A stretch of DNA of 50,997 nt, the filler included, from Catajapyx aquilonaris (taxonomy: Eukaryota), in NCBI GenBank assembly GCA_000934665.2. It is 3 parts of 3 records of this genome, joined end to end, with 100 filler letters (N's around TTAATTAATTAA, not from the genome) between each part and the next. Parts side by side here need not be neighbours in the genome. Positions count along the whole stretch, not along the records: positions 16,922 to 34,090 come from JYFJ02007093.1; positions 34,191 to 50,997 come from KZ539640.1; 1 more part is not named here. The stretch is one strand, 5' to 3'. Below are positions 27,531-39,364 of this stretch, in pieces. The first letter of the stretch is position 1; every line of letters begins with the position of its first letter. A program made the position numbers and the translations under genes. The notes below the pieces were generated by a model, which saw only the letters and a list, made by a program, of their open reading frames with translations, did not search any database and was not told where the DNA came from.

Positions 27531-30500
27531 AGTATCCGACGGTATCCCATCATTGGGTAGATGACTGTATACTGCAGAATCAATTCTGAATATTAGTTTC
27601 TGCCTCTAACTTAATTATTGATACTCTTCCTGCGAATTCGAGATGATGGTGACATTAATCCAGCAACCAGATATGCCTGACAGACAGTATTCCGGTATGC
27701 CGATCGACAAAAATGTGTAATTGATATGCCTAAGCACTCTTTCTGTCCACATTTTTAGGTCACAAGATAACTGCAAACTATATCAAACTTTTTGAATAAA
27801 AATATTAATGACTACAGTTGTGACAAATATGCGACATTTATGATTAGCATTAAACTTATGCTCCCTGTGACCTCATGCATGGGGTAAAAATATCGGTCTG
27901 CACGCACCCCTGATTGCATCACTCAATGTTTCAGACACTTGAAGAATAACTTCTGCACAATTTTCTGCACTTTTGCCACCTAAAAACGTGACAAGTGTTG
28001 CAGTTCACAAGTGACATCTTCTCGGTTTTTAGGAAGATGCTGATCGCACTTGTTGACCAGAATATCCTGGCCATATCGATCAGGGTCGAAAACACTAGGG
28101 CAGCCTCGTACATGTGTAAACATGAAACCCGGAATGTTAATCGCCACCAATATTTCTCCCCCATGTGTTGGATTGCCGGTCCTTCCGTGCTGCTTTCGAG
28201 GCAACTAATCGTCGTCCCGACTTTTTTACTTTCGCCACGCCTCGGTTCCCAAATCTGTTGTGTCACGGGATCTCGAGACATATAGCCATGAAAAAGGTCG
28301 CACCTTATACGCTTCCTCTCACGAGTGTGTGCTGTATACGATGCATGACTAGGCCGCCGTGACTTTCTAGGATTCTGACAAATTATCCCATGTACGACAA
28401 CCCGCCACTACTTAATTATTCTTACCTGAATGTATGACGCGTCATAATTTCTCATTAGAGACCTACTTGGACCAGGCCTACACACAGGGCTTTCTAGAGG
28501 GGAAGGCGAGCTTTACAAAGGGGACAAAGGAATGCCAGTGTAAACTGGGTAAGGGGCCACTCACTTGAGACATTGCGGCATGGTCGGTATCTAAAGTGGT
28601 AGTTTAATCTGTATAGAGAACGTTGTAAACGGATAATAACTACTGCCTCGGAGGAGTGAATTCAGTGTTATGAAAACAACCGCATTATGAAGGGTTGTTT
28701 GCGTAATGTCCTTTTTTTCCCCTGCGTTGTCCCAAGGCGGGTGTGTATTGAAAACAAAGCCGAAAGGGTTTCCGGGAAAAAAGCACGTTTGTTCAAAAAG
28801 GGCAAATTGAGATTTGTATACCGCAGGGGAGAAACTACTGGACCACCTCCAGAGGTGGGGGGGGGGGGGGGNGGGTAGGGGTTGGAGAAGTGTCGCTGGC
28901 CGCTTCAAATATTAGGGGGCGTTCCTGAGCGGCTGCCTGCTTCTGTCATCTGCCGACATACTGCAAAAACCGCAAAAGGGACCCCCTTTCAAACAGATGA
29001 CTGAAACTACTCTAGTCATCCCTCAAACATATGTTGTAATTGGTTCCGACATTAACGACGTGGGTCCAGACAGATTTTCCCATAAACGCCATGTTAAAAT
29101 GGGGCATGCGGTTTCAAGCAATCAATTTTGACTCTGTATTTACATTTGTGGAAAATGATCCCAGGATTGATTTTGCTTTGTGTCGATAATCTTTAATGCA
29201 AGTTAGATGAAAACTCGGTTTTTCAGTATCTGTTCCCTGAGTTGTGAACTTGTGAACTTGCAATTTTATCGTGCTTGTGCAGTACTATAGCAATCTTCCG
29301 GAATGTTTATTTGTTAAATGAAAGTGTTAGATTATGCCTAATTTTTGGTTTCATGGAGCTCACTGAAACTGATATGTAATAAAATCGATGTTTATTGAAC
29401 AATGTGGCCAAGACCTAAACGAGGATATTACAATGAGCAGATATGAATGTACATGAGGTGATATCATTACTACAATACATTATTAGTTTATTACAATACA
29501 GGTTTAGTGAACAATACGGCTCAAAAATTGGGCATCATCGACCATTTCCATGACAATTGAAATTAAAATTCTGAAAGGTTTCTGTCAATTGCAAATTCGC
29601 GACTTTTAAGCCCGTGTTTTCATAATTCAGGAAACAGATATTGAAAAATCGACTTCCACTTTCTCATCCAATGTAAGTTAATTAGAAACAGCTTATTCCA
29701 AAAATTATTAATACGCAGAGAAAAATCAATCCTCTCCATGATATGCAATCTGACAAACACGTGTGTTAACTCCATCAGCTTCCAGGAGTTTTCTTCAACT
29801 TCACCTTCACGTTAGCCTACCTAATACAATATGCAAGTAATCACCTGGTGCCTCGTATACTCAAATAGAAGTGCCTTCAAGACATCACATGTAAGTCGCA
29901 TATTTACGCGTCGAAATGAGATTCAATTACTCTCCAAATTGGTACCCCTTGTGCAACATTCCTCCAAACAACAGAATCCTGTCTGTTGGGTCAGATGAGA
30001 TAGGAGTTGGACAGAGCAGCAGAGAAGAGTCGTGAATCCAGTGTTAAGGGAGAGGCAGCCTCCCCAACATCCAGGAGTTGGAGAGAACAAAGGGGCAACA
30101 CGGGACCGTCTTAGTTCCTCATTTCAATGCAATGGACGGATTTTCCGGGCTTCTGCTTTTCCGGAACCATATTCAAAGAGAAGCCACAGTAAAGGTGCCG
30201 GCAGGCGTCGGATCCTGAGTGGCCAGGCCAAAGGATCGGTCTGCATGCAACTAAAACGCAAGGTGTTTGGCTAACCCCTAACTTCGATATGCAGCAATGT
30301 TTGCCTTTTGTGTTTGCCGGATGATTGGCGGGAGTAATATGTTCCTTTGATGTGGTCAGCCTTCATTTCCACCATCAGAGCCCTCGTCTTACGGCTTGGT
30401 GGAAAAGTTGGGTCCGCTATTTAGGAGTGTCATGCTGACCTCATCCCTCTAGCCTTAGATCGATGGTCGGGGCTGGCGATTAATGCAGCTTTCCGGAGAC

Positions 30501-31127
30501 ACAAAAAGGAGGGGGTAGTGGAGGAGTGACTAACCGGAAGTCCGAGGGTAGGATTACTTGATCCTGTATGAGTCAGGAGGTCAGTTTGACTGCACAATGC
30601 ACATGACGCATAGCTCGTTTTTGTATGCACCTGGTAAACGGCAGGGGCTATTAAGCCTGCAACATCAATGTATCAGATCGTTCTTATCTCCAATCATAAT
30701 TGCTCCCCGTCTAGGTGTTTATCTACCCCAGTATAGTCGCCAGCACAATGATGGTAGCAGACCTGAACACAGGGTGCTCGTCACGTGACTTTGGGCACGG
30801 TAACGGAGCGGCCATGTTGGGAAAGGATAGCTGCAGCCACGGTCTTAGAAGGATAGGTCGGGAAACTCCCCGCCATCTTGCGATCCGTTACTCAATCCCG
30901 CCGTGGCGCTGACTGGAGGTCGCCATGATGTGAACTAGATCGTGAACATCTCCATATTGCGGCCATCTTGGTATACGCTATTGGTAGCACGAGTTGTACC
31001 GACAGGGTCACTAGTTTGTTATGGCGAATGAACGACACGCACAGCGAGATTCCATTTAGTCGAAGCGGTACACAAAAATATGCTGCAAAATCTTGCAGAA
31101 AGCAAGCCACTTTGCACAGACGTTCTA

Positions 31128-34090
31128 TAGACCAAGACGATCAATTTGACCCGCAGCACCTGACCTTGTGGGGTCAAATGGCGGCCATTTTTGAAAAAAA
31201 GGTCATTTATTTTTTGTAAATTCCAAATTGCCTCTCCATGATAATGTTGGTGTCATTTCCGCATATTTCGAGGTCGACAAGTCGATTGGTAACATGCAGG
31301 AGGTCATAAGGTCACTAGTTTGTGACCTATGACCTCTATTTTGAAATTACCCTACTGGGCTATGTCTAATGGTATTTGCGACTAAAAGGTGGCATGTGAG
31401 GTATCGTTTAGATATAATTTGATGTCACTGAAACCGAAAACGACGATAAAAATTCGGAATAATGCATCCGGTGACCTGTGGGGCGCCATATTGGGTTTCA
31501 ACTTAAACCGTTTGGTGGGGATATCCACCCGTAAGCGAATAGTAGACGTGTTTGGTATCCTTGTAGCATAATTCGAGGTCGCTAAGACGATGGGTCATAT
31601 TCAGAAGGTCCGAAGGTCACTAGTTTGTGACCTACGGCCGCCACTTTGAAATTATCATACATGAAAATGTCTAAAGGTATTTGCATATGATGTGTGCCTT
31701 GTGAGGTGTCGATTACATAATTATAATTTGCTGTCACTGAAACCAAAAATGACACTAAGAATCTCGAATCATGCTTTCTGAGACCACACAATCACCATAT
31801 TGGATTTCAACTGAAGCCCTTAGGTGGGGATATGCACCCGTAAGAGAATAGTACACGTTCTTGGTGTCCTTACCACGTTCCTTGCGATCGCTGCAGCCAG
31901 AAATGATACGTACCGGTATACTTTTTACATGATGTCAAGTTTATTGATTTTAGGTTAGATAAAGTTAATATTTCTCTTCTTTTCCTTGGTAAAATTGGTG
32001 TTCTGGTCTCCACCGCTTAGAGCTAATTTTCTTCAACTCCTGAATATCTTGTACTGAAAAAATAATTGCTGTTATATTAGAATCTGAGAAGTCGCACAAA
32101 AATTGCATGATATGCACTAAGATTTGACTTGCCTCTTGTTGCTGCATTCTCCTTTGCATTTCTTACAATTGAGAGTGCATGGCATTATGGCAATGACTTC
32201 CTCATGCAAATGCAGCGCATTGTGTCGCATTTTGAGGCGCATCCGCACCTATCGAAGGCTCGACAAACACACAAACTGGCCAGATCTCGTCGTCCTTATC
32301 GCCGGGACCACACAGGCGTCCATGTATCTCCAGTACGTATCCAACCCCAGTGCTCCGGTGACGGTGGACCTGCTGCGTCAAGACTGTCTGCCCTGCCCCA
32401 AATATGACCGGCTTGGTATGCAGCTCTCAATATACAGGGTGTCTCAACTTTTTTGTCCGAACAGTTATCGGAAAAGCTTATGTATCTTCTAGCTATGTAG
32501 CCAGAATATGCCCCAACATTATTCCTGGCACATCCTTCAACAGATAAAGCCAGGGAGGCATCACTGGTTGCAAGTCACTGGTAAAAGAAATTTAGCAATT
32601 TAGTGCAATATTTCCGATAATTGTTCGGACAAAAAAGTTGAGACCCTGATGTTGCTTCAGAGCAGCTGCAGTGGGAAGAGTCACTGGCTTGTTTTCGGTA
32701 GCGAAGAGATGTTTGCGTGCCGCATTCACATCCGAAACGCCAGTGTCTATGATGCCGTACATGTGCACTGTATATCTCACGAAAGCGTCGATTACAGCTT
32801 GATTCGGAGCAGATCCTGGTAACGATATTTACACAAATGCATCAGTGGTCTTATCATCCATCCACGCGTTCCACCATGCAGACGACTTCCCTCGGGAGTT
32901 GAAGAAAGATGTTGTATCGCAGCCACTAAACACGTGGAAGCACGGAGAGCATCACATTTCCTGTGTCCCTGCATCATAGAAATCGAGTGGACGGCTATGT
33001 ACCGCTTTTGTTGGATAAGTACTGGAGTTACATGGACGCCTGTGTGGTCCGATAAGGACGACGAGATCTGGCCAGTTTGTGTGTTTGTCGAGCCTTCGAT
33101 AGGTGCGGATGCGCCTCAAAATGCGACACAATGCGCTGCATTTGCATGAGGAAGTCATTGCCATAATGCCATGCACTCTCAATTGTAAGAAATGCAAAGG
33201 AGAATGCAGCAACAAGAGGCAAGTCAAATCTTAGTGCATATCATGCACTTTTTGTGCCGACTTCTCAGATTCTAATATAATAGCAGTTATTTTTTCAGTA
33301 CAAGATATTCCGGGGTAGAAGAAAATTAGCTCTAAGCGGTGGCGACCAGAACACCAATTTCACCAAGGAAAAGAAAAGAAATATTAACTTTATCTAACCT
33401 AAAATCAATAAAATTGACATCATGTGAAAAGTACCGGTACGTATCATTTCTGGCTGCAGCGATCGCAAGGAATGTGGTAAGGACACCAAGAACGTGTACT
33501 ATTCTCTTAAGGGTGCATATCCCCACCTAAGGGCTTCAGTTGAAATCTAATATGGTGATTGTGTGGTCTCAGAAAGCATGATTCGAGATTCTTAGTGTCA
33601 TTTTTGGTTTCAGTGACAGCAAATTATATGTAATCGACACCTCACAAGGCACACATCATATGCAAATACCTTTAGACATTTTCATGTATGATAATTTCAA
33701 AGTGGCGGCCATAGGTCACAAACTAGTGACCTTCGGACCTTCTGAATATGACCCATCGTCTTAGCGACCTCGAATTATGCTACAAGGATACCAAACACGT
33801 CTACTATTCGCTTACGGGTGGATATCCCCACCAAAGGGTTTAAGTTGAAACCCAATATGGCGCCCCACAGGTCACCGGATGCATTATTCCGAATTTTTAT
33901 TGTCGTTTTCGGTTTCAGTGACATCAAATTATATCTAAACGATACCTCACATGCCACCTTTTAGTCGCAAATACCATTAGACATAGCCCAGTAGGGTAAT
34001 TGCAAAATAGAGGTCATAGGTCACAAACTAGTGACCTTATGACCTCCTGCATGTTACCAATCGACTTGTCGACCTCGAAATATGCGGAAA
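31128..34090. mobile_element. Foldback derivative of an Academ-like DNA transposon (~1.09-kb inverted arms around a decayed XPG-like/Cys8 coding remnant)
   Basis: Arms 31256-32345 and 33010-34090 are near-identical inverted copies; the right arm is cut by the linker. The minus strand from 33010 to ~32115 reads, with frameshifts and stops: RYIAVHSI..KCDAL../FHVFSGCDTTSFF..GKSSAW..FVRYTVHMYG..DVNAARKHLF..LPTAAALKQH/LRAAYQAGHIWG..PSPEHWGW..WTPVW../CGCASKCDTMRCICMRKSLP/CTLNCKKCKGECSN. The left terminus at TAGACC (31128) is inferred. Confidence 0.78.
32433..32648. mobile_element. Tc1/mariner-type MITE (~215 bp) inserted into the Academ-like coding remnant
   Basis: TIRs CAGGGTGTCTCAACTTTTTTGTCCGAACA; a second copy in opposite orientation at 48903-49119; removing it rejoins ..KQH with LRAAYQA.. 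Confidence 0.9.
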
Positions 34091-34190
34091 NNNNNNNNNN
34101 NNNNNNNNNNNNNNNNNNNNNNNNNNNNNNNNNNTTAATTAATTAANNNNNNNNNNNNNNNNNNNNNNNNNNNNNNNNNNNNNNNNNNNN
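34091..34190. other. Artificial contig linker (44 N + TTAATTAATTAA + 44 N)
   Basis: Identical to 16822-16921. Confidence 0.95.
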
Positions 34191-34668
34191 TGAAGCCTGA
34201 CCTCCTCCTCCCCTCCTCTTCCCTCCCTTTTGAAAAGGGAGAGGACGGGCACTGCACTCCCGCGCCATCTGTTGGCGGGCGGGAGAACGCATCGGCTTAG
34301 CTAAGACACAAAGGAGTTTTGGACCTCCCTTGCCATCTAGGGAGTGGAAAGAGAAGCTCTTTGAGAGCAATCTGCGCGGGAACTCCGAAATGCTCTGCGA
34401 TTGGGTCAGTCCTCTGCATGGGGATGATTCGGGGCTTGGGAATTGCGAATGTCAAGTGCAAAACCTGATGAATGCCTGATGAACGCAACCTTCAAGTACG
34501 ATGGGTTGCCTACCCACTAGGCGCAACAGACCAAAGGTGGAAACGGCCGCGGCCGTACCCCCGTACGGGGGCATTTCCGGACATGGATACCGAAGCTCAA
34601 AATACTTGCCTATGGGGCCTCTACCCACCCTGTGATGTTTGCCAAAGTTAGCGTGGTCACCCTGTATA
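34191..34668 (-). mobile_element. Tc1/mariner-type non-autonomous element, one end
   Basis: Ends ..CACCCTGTA; terminus related to 16697-16821; the other end is lost at the linker. Confidence 0.45.
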
Positions 34669-35133
34669 TCTTATCTACCTCACATATATATGTGAGGGCA
34701 AAAAAGAAAGAACAGGCAATATGCTACGAGAGTCCAAAGCTAGGGGATAGCATGTTACATGTACTATGTCAAAAAAATGAGGGTCAGCATTCATATGCAA
34801 AAACCCAAAAGCTGAACGAGAAGACAGTATAAACGCCACATAGGCGTAAAGATAAACCGAAGGAAGGAGCATCTGTGAAGATGTTCCTTCACCTCTGGAG
34901 CACGAGGTTAAAATGTCTGGGTGGGCATCATGGATCTGGTTGGCTCTCCTAATGAGGGAAGAAGGACCAGAAAGATGATACCGCTTGAAAGTCCCTTCGC
35001 CATCCATCACAGGCTTGTCACCATCCCGATTCACACAGCTCATGGCGCCTCTGGGTGCCAACCAGAACCCTCCTTCTTCAGTTGAAAGAACTTGTCTCCA
35101 AGTCACACTAACATTGTCCATTCATTTTCGATT

Positions 35134-35820
35134 ATTGGGTGTTTCATACTACAGTACGTAGTATAGGTCCAACGGCAGTGAGCGTATTTCTAGGCCCAAA
35201 ACTAGTCGAAAATGTAGGGGTGAGAAAATGTAGAGGGACCAACCGCGGTAACGAGGCAGCAGACGACCAGACACATTGGCCTGCCCCTAGACACATGCGG
35301 CAACACACGTTGTTGGGAGAATTCCCGAAATGTGGGCCCGCGTACTTACAGTGGTTGCCTAGGAAGGAGGATATGATTATGATAATCACTACATTTTGCG
35401 AGATCTCCTCGTTTGCAGTCATGATCTCGTCTTGCTCCCTAGGCAACCACACTCTCAGTATCCGTCTCCATCTTCTTTCAGGGGATTTCCTTGCTGCCGC
35501 ATCGTCTGCATGTCTCTCGGGGCCGGCCAATATGTCTAGGGGCTACCTTGTCACCGATTGGTCCAAGGGGGTAATCACTCGACTGAAAAGTGTACACTGG
35601 ATCGAGTACCAAATTCAAGGAGTACCGCGGAGTAATAATGAGTGAGGTGCCTGAGGAGTACCAGGGAGTACCACTCCCAGGTGTATACACCGGAGTACCG
35701 AAGTGATTACCCCCTTGGATTGGTCCCTCGACATTATTGTTTTATCACTTTGGACTTGTTTTGAGGCAAGCAAGTAATACGCTGACTGCCGTTGGACCCA
35801 CTAGTATGGAACACCCTGTA
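35134..35820. mobile_element. Tc1/mariner-type MITE with long imperfect TIRs
   Basis: GGGTGTTTCATACTA..GGTCCAACGGCAGTGAGCGTATT versus AATACGCTGACTGCCGTTGGACC..TAGTATGGAACACCCTGTA; internal inverted segments; hosts the 35564-35717 MITE. Confidence 0.7.
35564..35717 (+). mobile_element. ~150-bp MITE with 8-bp TSD (P-element-like CAAGG termini), copy 1
   Basis: TIR CAAGGGGGTAATCACT..AGTGATTACCCCCTTG; TSD GATTGGTC at 35556-35563 and 35718-35725; repeated GGAGTACC motifs. Confidence 0.88.
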
Positions 35821-36254
35821 GAGATATATTTAATTAAAAACTACCTATATGGTTCTAATGAAACTGCACTATTCAAAGGATAAAGCACATTTTGTCGTGT
35901 AATATTACAAGTAGAAACCACTTCCACTAAAAGTATTATTGATATACAAAGCAAAATCCATAGCTCTAAGGTCTATGGCAAAATCAATCCCGCAATCCCG
36001 GAAGAGATCCTTTGCACTTTGCATTGTATCGCTTCGAAGGGACCCGAGTAACAATACCCATACATTTTGGGCTTCACCATAAAAAGATCGTCACGTTGGT
36101 CATTCTCCGAGGTTCGTGCACGGCATTTCTTGACGGAGGTTCGGAAGGTCACATCGTCGGGACAAGAACTACACAACAATGCTTCCTATGGGTGTGAATT
36201 ATTAAACAATACTTCAACATAGTTGTGGGGCCATCATAGTAAAATTACCGTAAC

Positions 36255-36297
<43 letters not shown>

Positions 36298-36309
36298 AAT
36301 AACAACAAC

Positions 36310-36378
<69 letters not shown>
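36255..36378. repeat. (AAT)n microsatellite with AAC variants
   Basis: Directly visible; explains the poly-N ORF 36223-36420. Confidence 0.95.
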
Positions 36379-36379
<1 letters not shown>

Positions 36380-36832
36380 TGAAAATAAATATTAAAATCA
36401 CTATTTTTGACACAAATTAGTTCTAATTTTTGACCTTATTTTAATTTTAGCTTGTAATTTTTCAACTTTCATATTCTCTATCTGTAGGCTACATTACATT
36501 ATGTATCATATTTATTAGTCAGTATGTATCATACTACGTATGTTAATTATTTATATTTATTTACATATAATTTGATTGAACTTTAACTCTTTAATGTACA
36601 TTATACTGTATTTTACGAGAGTGAACCCATTGCCCAAAATTTGGCAATGCTGCCCCCCCGACTGTGGACGTAATCTTACTATATCTCACATAGATGGTGC
36701 ATCCTTCTTTGCACACTACTGATGACAGACCGCGGACAAACAGAGTCACACACCTAAGCCAATCCTACATAGTATTTTAAAAATTGAGACTTAAATTTTT
36801 CTTGACATTTACACATTTTGTTGACGTTTACT

Positions 36833-37134
36833 GGTAACAATCTGGAGTGCGACTGCACCGAGGCGTGGTTGGTCGAGGATTCACCTTACGCCAGCTTCTT
36901 CCAAGATGCCAACTGCGTGAATCTGAACGGTGCTCTTCAAAATCAGACTGGAGTCACACTTGGAAACCGCAACGTCACATAATGTATCCGTCGACAACAC
37001 CGACAACGACTCTGTCAATACCTCTGCCTGAAGGAGACGGATCATTGTCAGTTCACACGGGGCTGTCGTTCCTGTCGTTTCTATTCGGATGTGTCCTGCG
37101 CGACGTTGTCCGTCTGTCTGAACAAACTTTTTAA
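36833..37134 (+). pseudogene. Decayed terminal exon of an LRR protein (LRR C-terminal cap, Thr-rich stalk, hydrophobic tail)
   Basis: GNNLECDCTEAWLVEDSPYASFFQDANC resembles the N-x-x-x-C-D-C-x-x-x-W-L cap. Stop at 36980-36982; another frame continues PSTTPTTTL..GLSFLSFLFGCVL. The acceptor position reads TTTACTG rather than AG. AATAAA at 37185-37190. Confidence 0.45.
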
Positions 37135-37241
37135 TATAATTTTTTGTACATTTTTATGGCCGCGTTATTGTAACAGCTTTTCTCAATAAAACAAGTGTTA
37201 CAGTATCAGAGAGACAATGTTGCACACTTCCTAAGCAATCT

Positions 37242-38274
37242 TGTGACGGCCCGAGTCACCCAGGGGCCGCAACGCATGCGTACCCAAGCACCGCCGCGCA
37301 TGGCGGACATCAAATTTACGCTACCCGGAATCTCTTAACCAGGATGGCAGAGAGGTGTCTCAGCAAGCGGGTAATCACTCGACTGAAAAGTGTATAACTG
37401 GAGTACCAAATTTAAGGAGTACCAAGGAGTAATAAAGAGTAAGGTACCTGAGGAGTACCAAGGAGTACCACTTGCAGGTGTACACCGGAGTACCGAAGTG
37501 ATTACCCCCTTGTGTCTCAGAGCCTCTCACAGGACCCATGGGTGGCACTTACAGTTAACCGCCCACGCCATCACCAGGGTACAGCCCTTTGACCCCTCAC
37601 CCACCAACCCTGAGGTCAATAAAAAACAACCGAGTCAACGACTCTACCAAACTTGACACGTCCAAATCAAACCTCGGTTGCTTCAACCGGGAGGTCCGAC
37701 CAAACCTACTATGCCACCAAAGCCTCCAGGTCTCCTGAGTTGATGTCACTCGAGCGCCAATCCTCGGTAAGCATCACCTTCCACACGTAGGTACCCAAAC
37801 GGGAATTATCTGGCAACAATCAGGAAGACAATCATCCCCAACAATAGCGGGCAGCGACAACGCAACATCGCTGGCATCGGTCATGCTCGGTTTTCGAGCA
37901 GCCCAAATTCAAACCCGAAGCCAAGAGCACTGAGCGCATCCATCGCTCAACAATACGTCTGCCTGCATTCAACAACTTGTTCAACAATGCAACAGACTCT
38001 GCCTACGGTACCTCCGAAGACTTCCCAGAATGCATCAGCATGTATCCATGGACGCATCCTAGATTGCCACATCATGCTTCCAGCACAATTCAATGGCTTG
38101 ATGACCCACAATGTACACAGTGCTTCCTATGTCCACCATGTTCATTACCGTACACCGTACAAAGGAGTAAATTACCCTATGCCCTCACAATTACCGTACA
38201 GGTTGGCTACGCTGCTACCGACTGCCCGCGCATGCGCCCCCCGTCACATGACCGGAGGGGGCGGGGTCCTCACA
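37242..38274 (-). mobile_element. Solo LTR, Gypsy-like
   Basis: TGTGA..TCACA termini with 4-bp TSD ATCT at 37238-37241 and 38275-38278; no internal coding region; orientation inferred only; contains MITE 37364-37512. Confidence 0.65.
37364..37512 (+). mobile_element. ~150-bp MITE with 8-bp TSD (P-element-like), copy 2
   Basis: Same family as 35564-35717; TSD TGTCTCAG at 37356-37363 and 37513-37520. Confidence 0.88.
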
Positions 38275-38311
38275 ATCTAAGGTATGAAGAAAGTGTGAAG
38301 CAGTCACGGAA

Positions 38312-38393
38312 GCAGTCGTGGCCGAGCGGTTAAGGCGTCTGACTAGAAATCAGATTCCCTCTGGGAGCGCAGGTTCGAATCCTGCCGACTGCG
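38312..38393 (+). tRNA. tRNA-Ser: tRNA-Ser(AGA)
   Basis: GCAGTCG acceptor stem, TCTGA-CTAGAAA-TCAGA anticodon arm, long variable arm, GCAGG-TTCGAAT-CCTGC T arm, discriminator G; followed by a T run. Confidence 0.98.
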
Positions 38394-38397
38394 AAAC

Positions 38398-38410
38398 TTT
38401 TTTTTTTTTT
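38398..38410 (+). terminator. Pol III oligo(T) terminator of tRNA-Ser copy 1
   Basis: T13 run starting 5 nt after the tRNA 3' end. Confidence 0.8.
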
Positions 38411-39364
38411 CGTTTTATTTTACAACGTAACTTATTTTTCCTTAATAACTGACGTTGACCAATTTAAAAATATATTCATTGTATTTAATTTTCGACTTTT
38501 TCGATAATACGGCTCTGCCCGTCCGTGGCCAGATATCAGAGCTATACACCACATGAGATGGCGACAAACGGTTTTCCTCTTCGGATTCCGCGTGACCAAA
38601 ATATGTTTCGTGGTCAGCTGTCGGTAACCGACCACTTCCGGTTTTCGGGTTCACTCTATATCGTCAAGGTCAAGTCTACACCGTACTAAATTACTAGCAG
38701 CGGAGGCAGTTCTTCGCACTGCCTGTTTCCATGGTAATGTAATCAGCAACAATTACTAATCGTTAGTTTTTGATGCCATGGTAACCCGTTGCCATCATCA
38801 TGGACAAACAAACAAACATTTCTGTATATATTCTGTAAGACAAATTGTGGAGAGGGGAGTAGCGCCGTCTGTGGTGTGAATAACCATTGCCTCAGATAAG
38901 AAACCAAAATAATATCTAATAAACCGAAAAGGGGGGGGGGGGGAAACCAATATTGGATATTTAGACTCAAAAAATGCGATTTTCGGGCTTTTCCCTTATT
39001 CACTTTGCTCGCGTGATTTGCCAATCTTGTTTATTATTTTATCTCAGAGAGAGTGCACGTTGTAAGCCTGTTGTAAGACAATAATAATATGCAGAGAAAA
39101 TGACGGTACACTCTTGGTGTGTTACGTCACTGCGACAGTGCGTGCTAATTGGTGGATCTCAATCACAACGACGAACGACCCAACGACAACGACACCCGTG
39201 TGAACCCAGACTTGTAAGCGAGCCATCGACGTATGTGAATCTGGGTTGCCATATATATATTTTCGCATCTTATCTGGATTTCAAAATTTTAATTAAAGGT
39301 TAGGAAATAAGCAAATGTGATGCTACAGCTAAATTTGAACATAAAAACTTTAAAAAAATATTCG

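Noticed and set aside
31389..33957. Duplicated ORF pairs (31389-31571/33775-33957, 32124-32492/32952-33227) as real genes
   Set aside because: They are by-products of the inverted arms and read off the strand or frame opposite to the true transposase remnant.
20399..36420. Poly-Asn/Leu/Ala ORFs (20399-20731, 20454-20675, 22672-22884, 36223-36420)
   Set aside because: Translations of microsatellites or a SINE tail.
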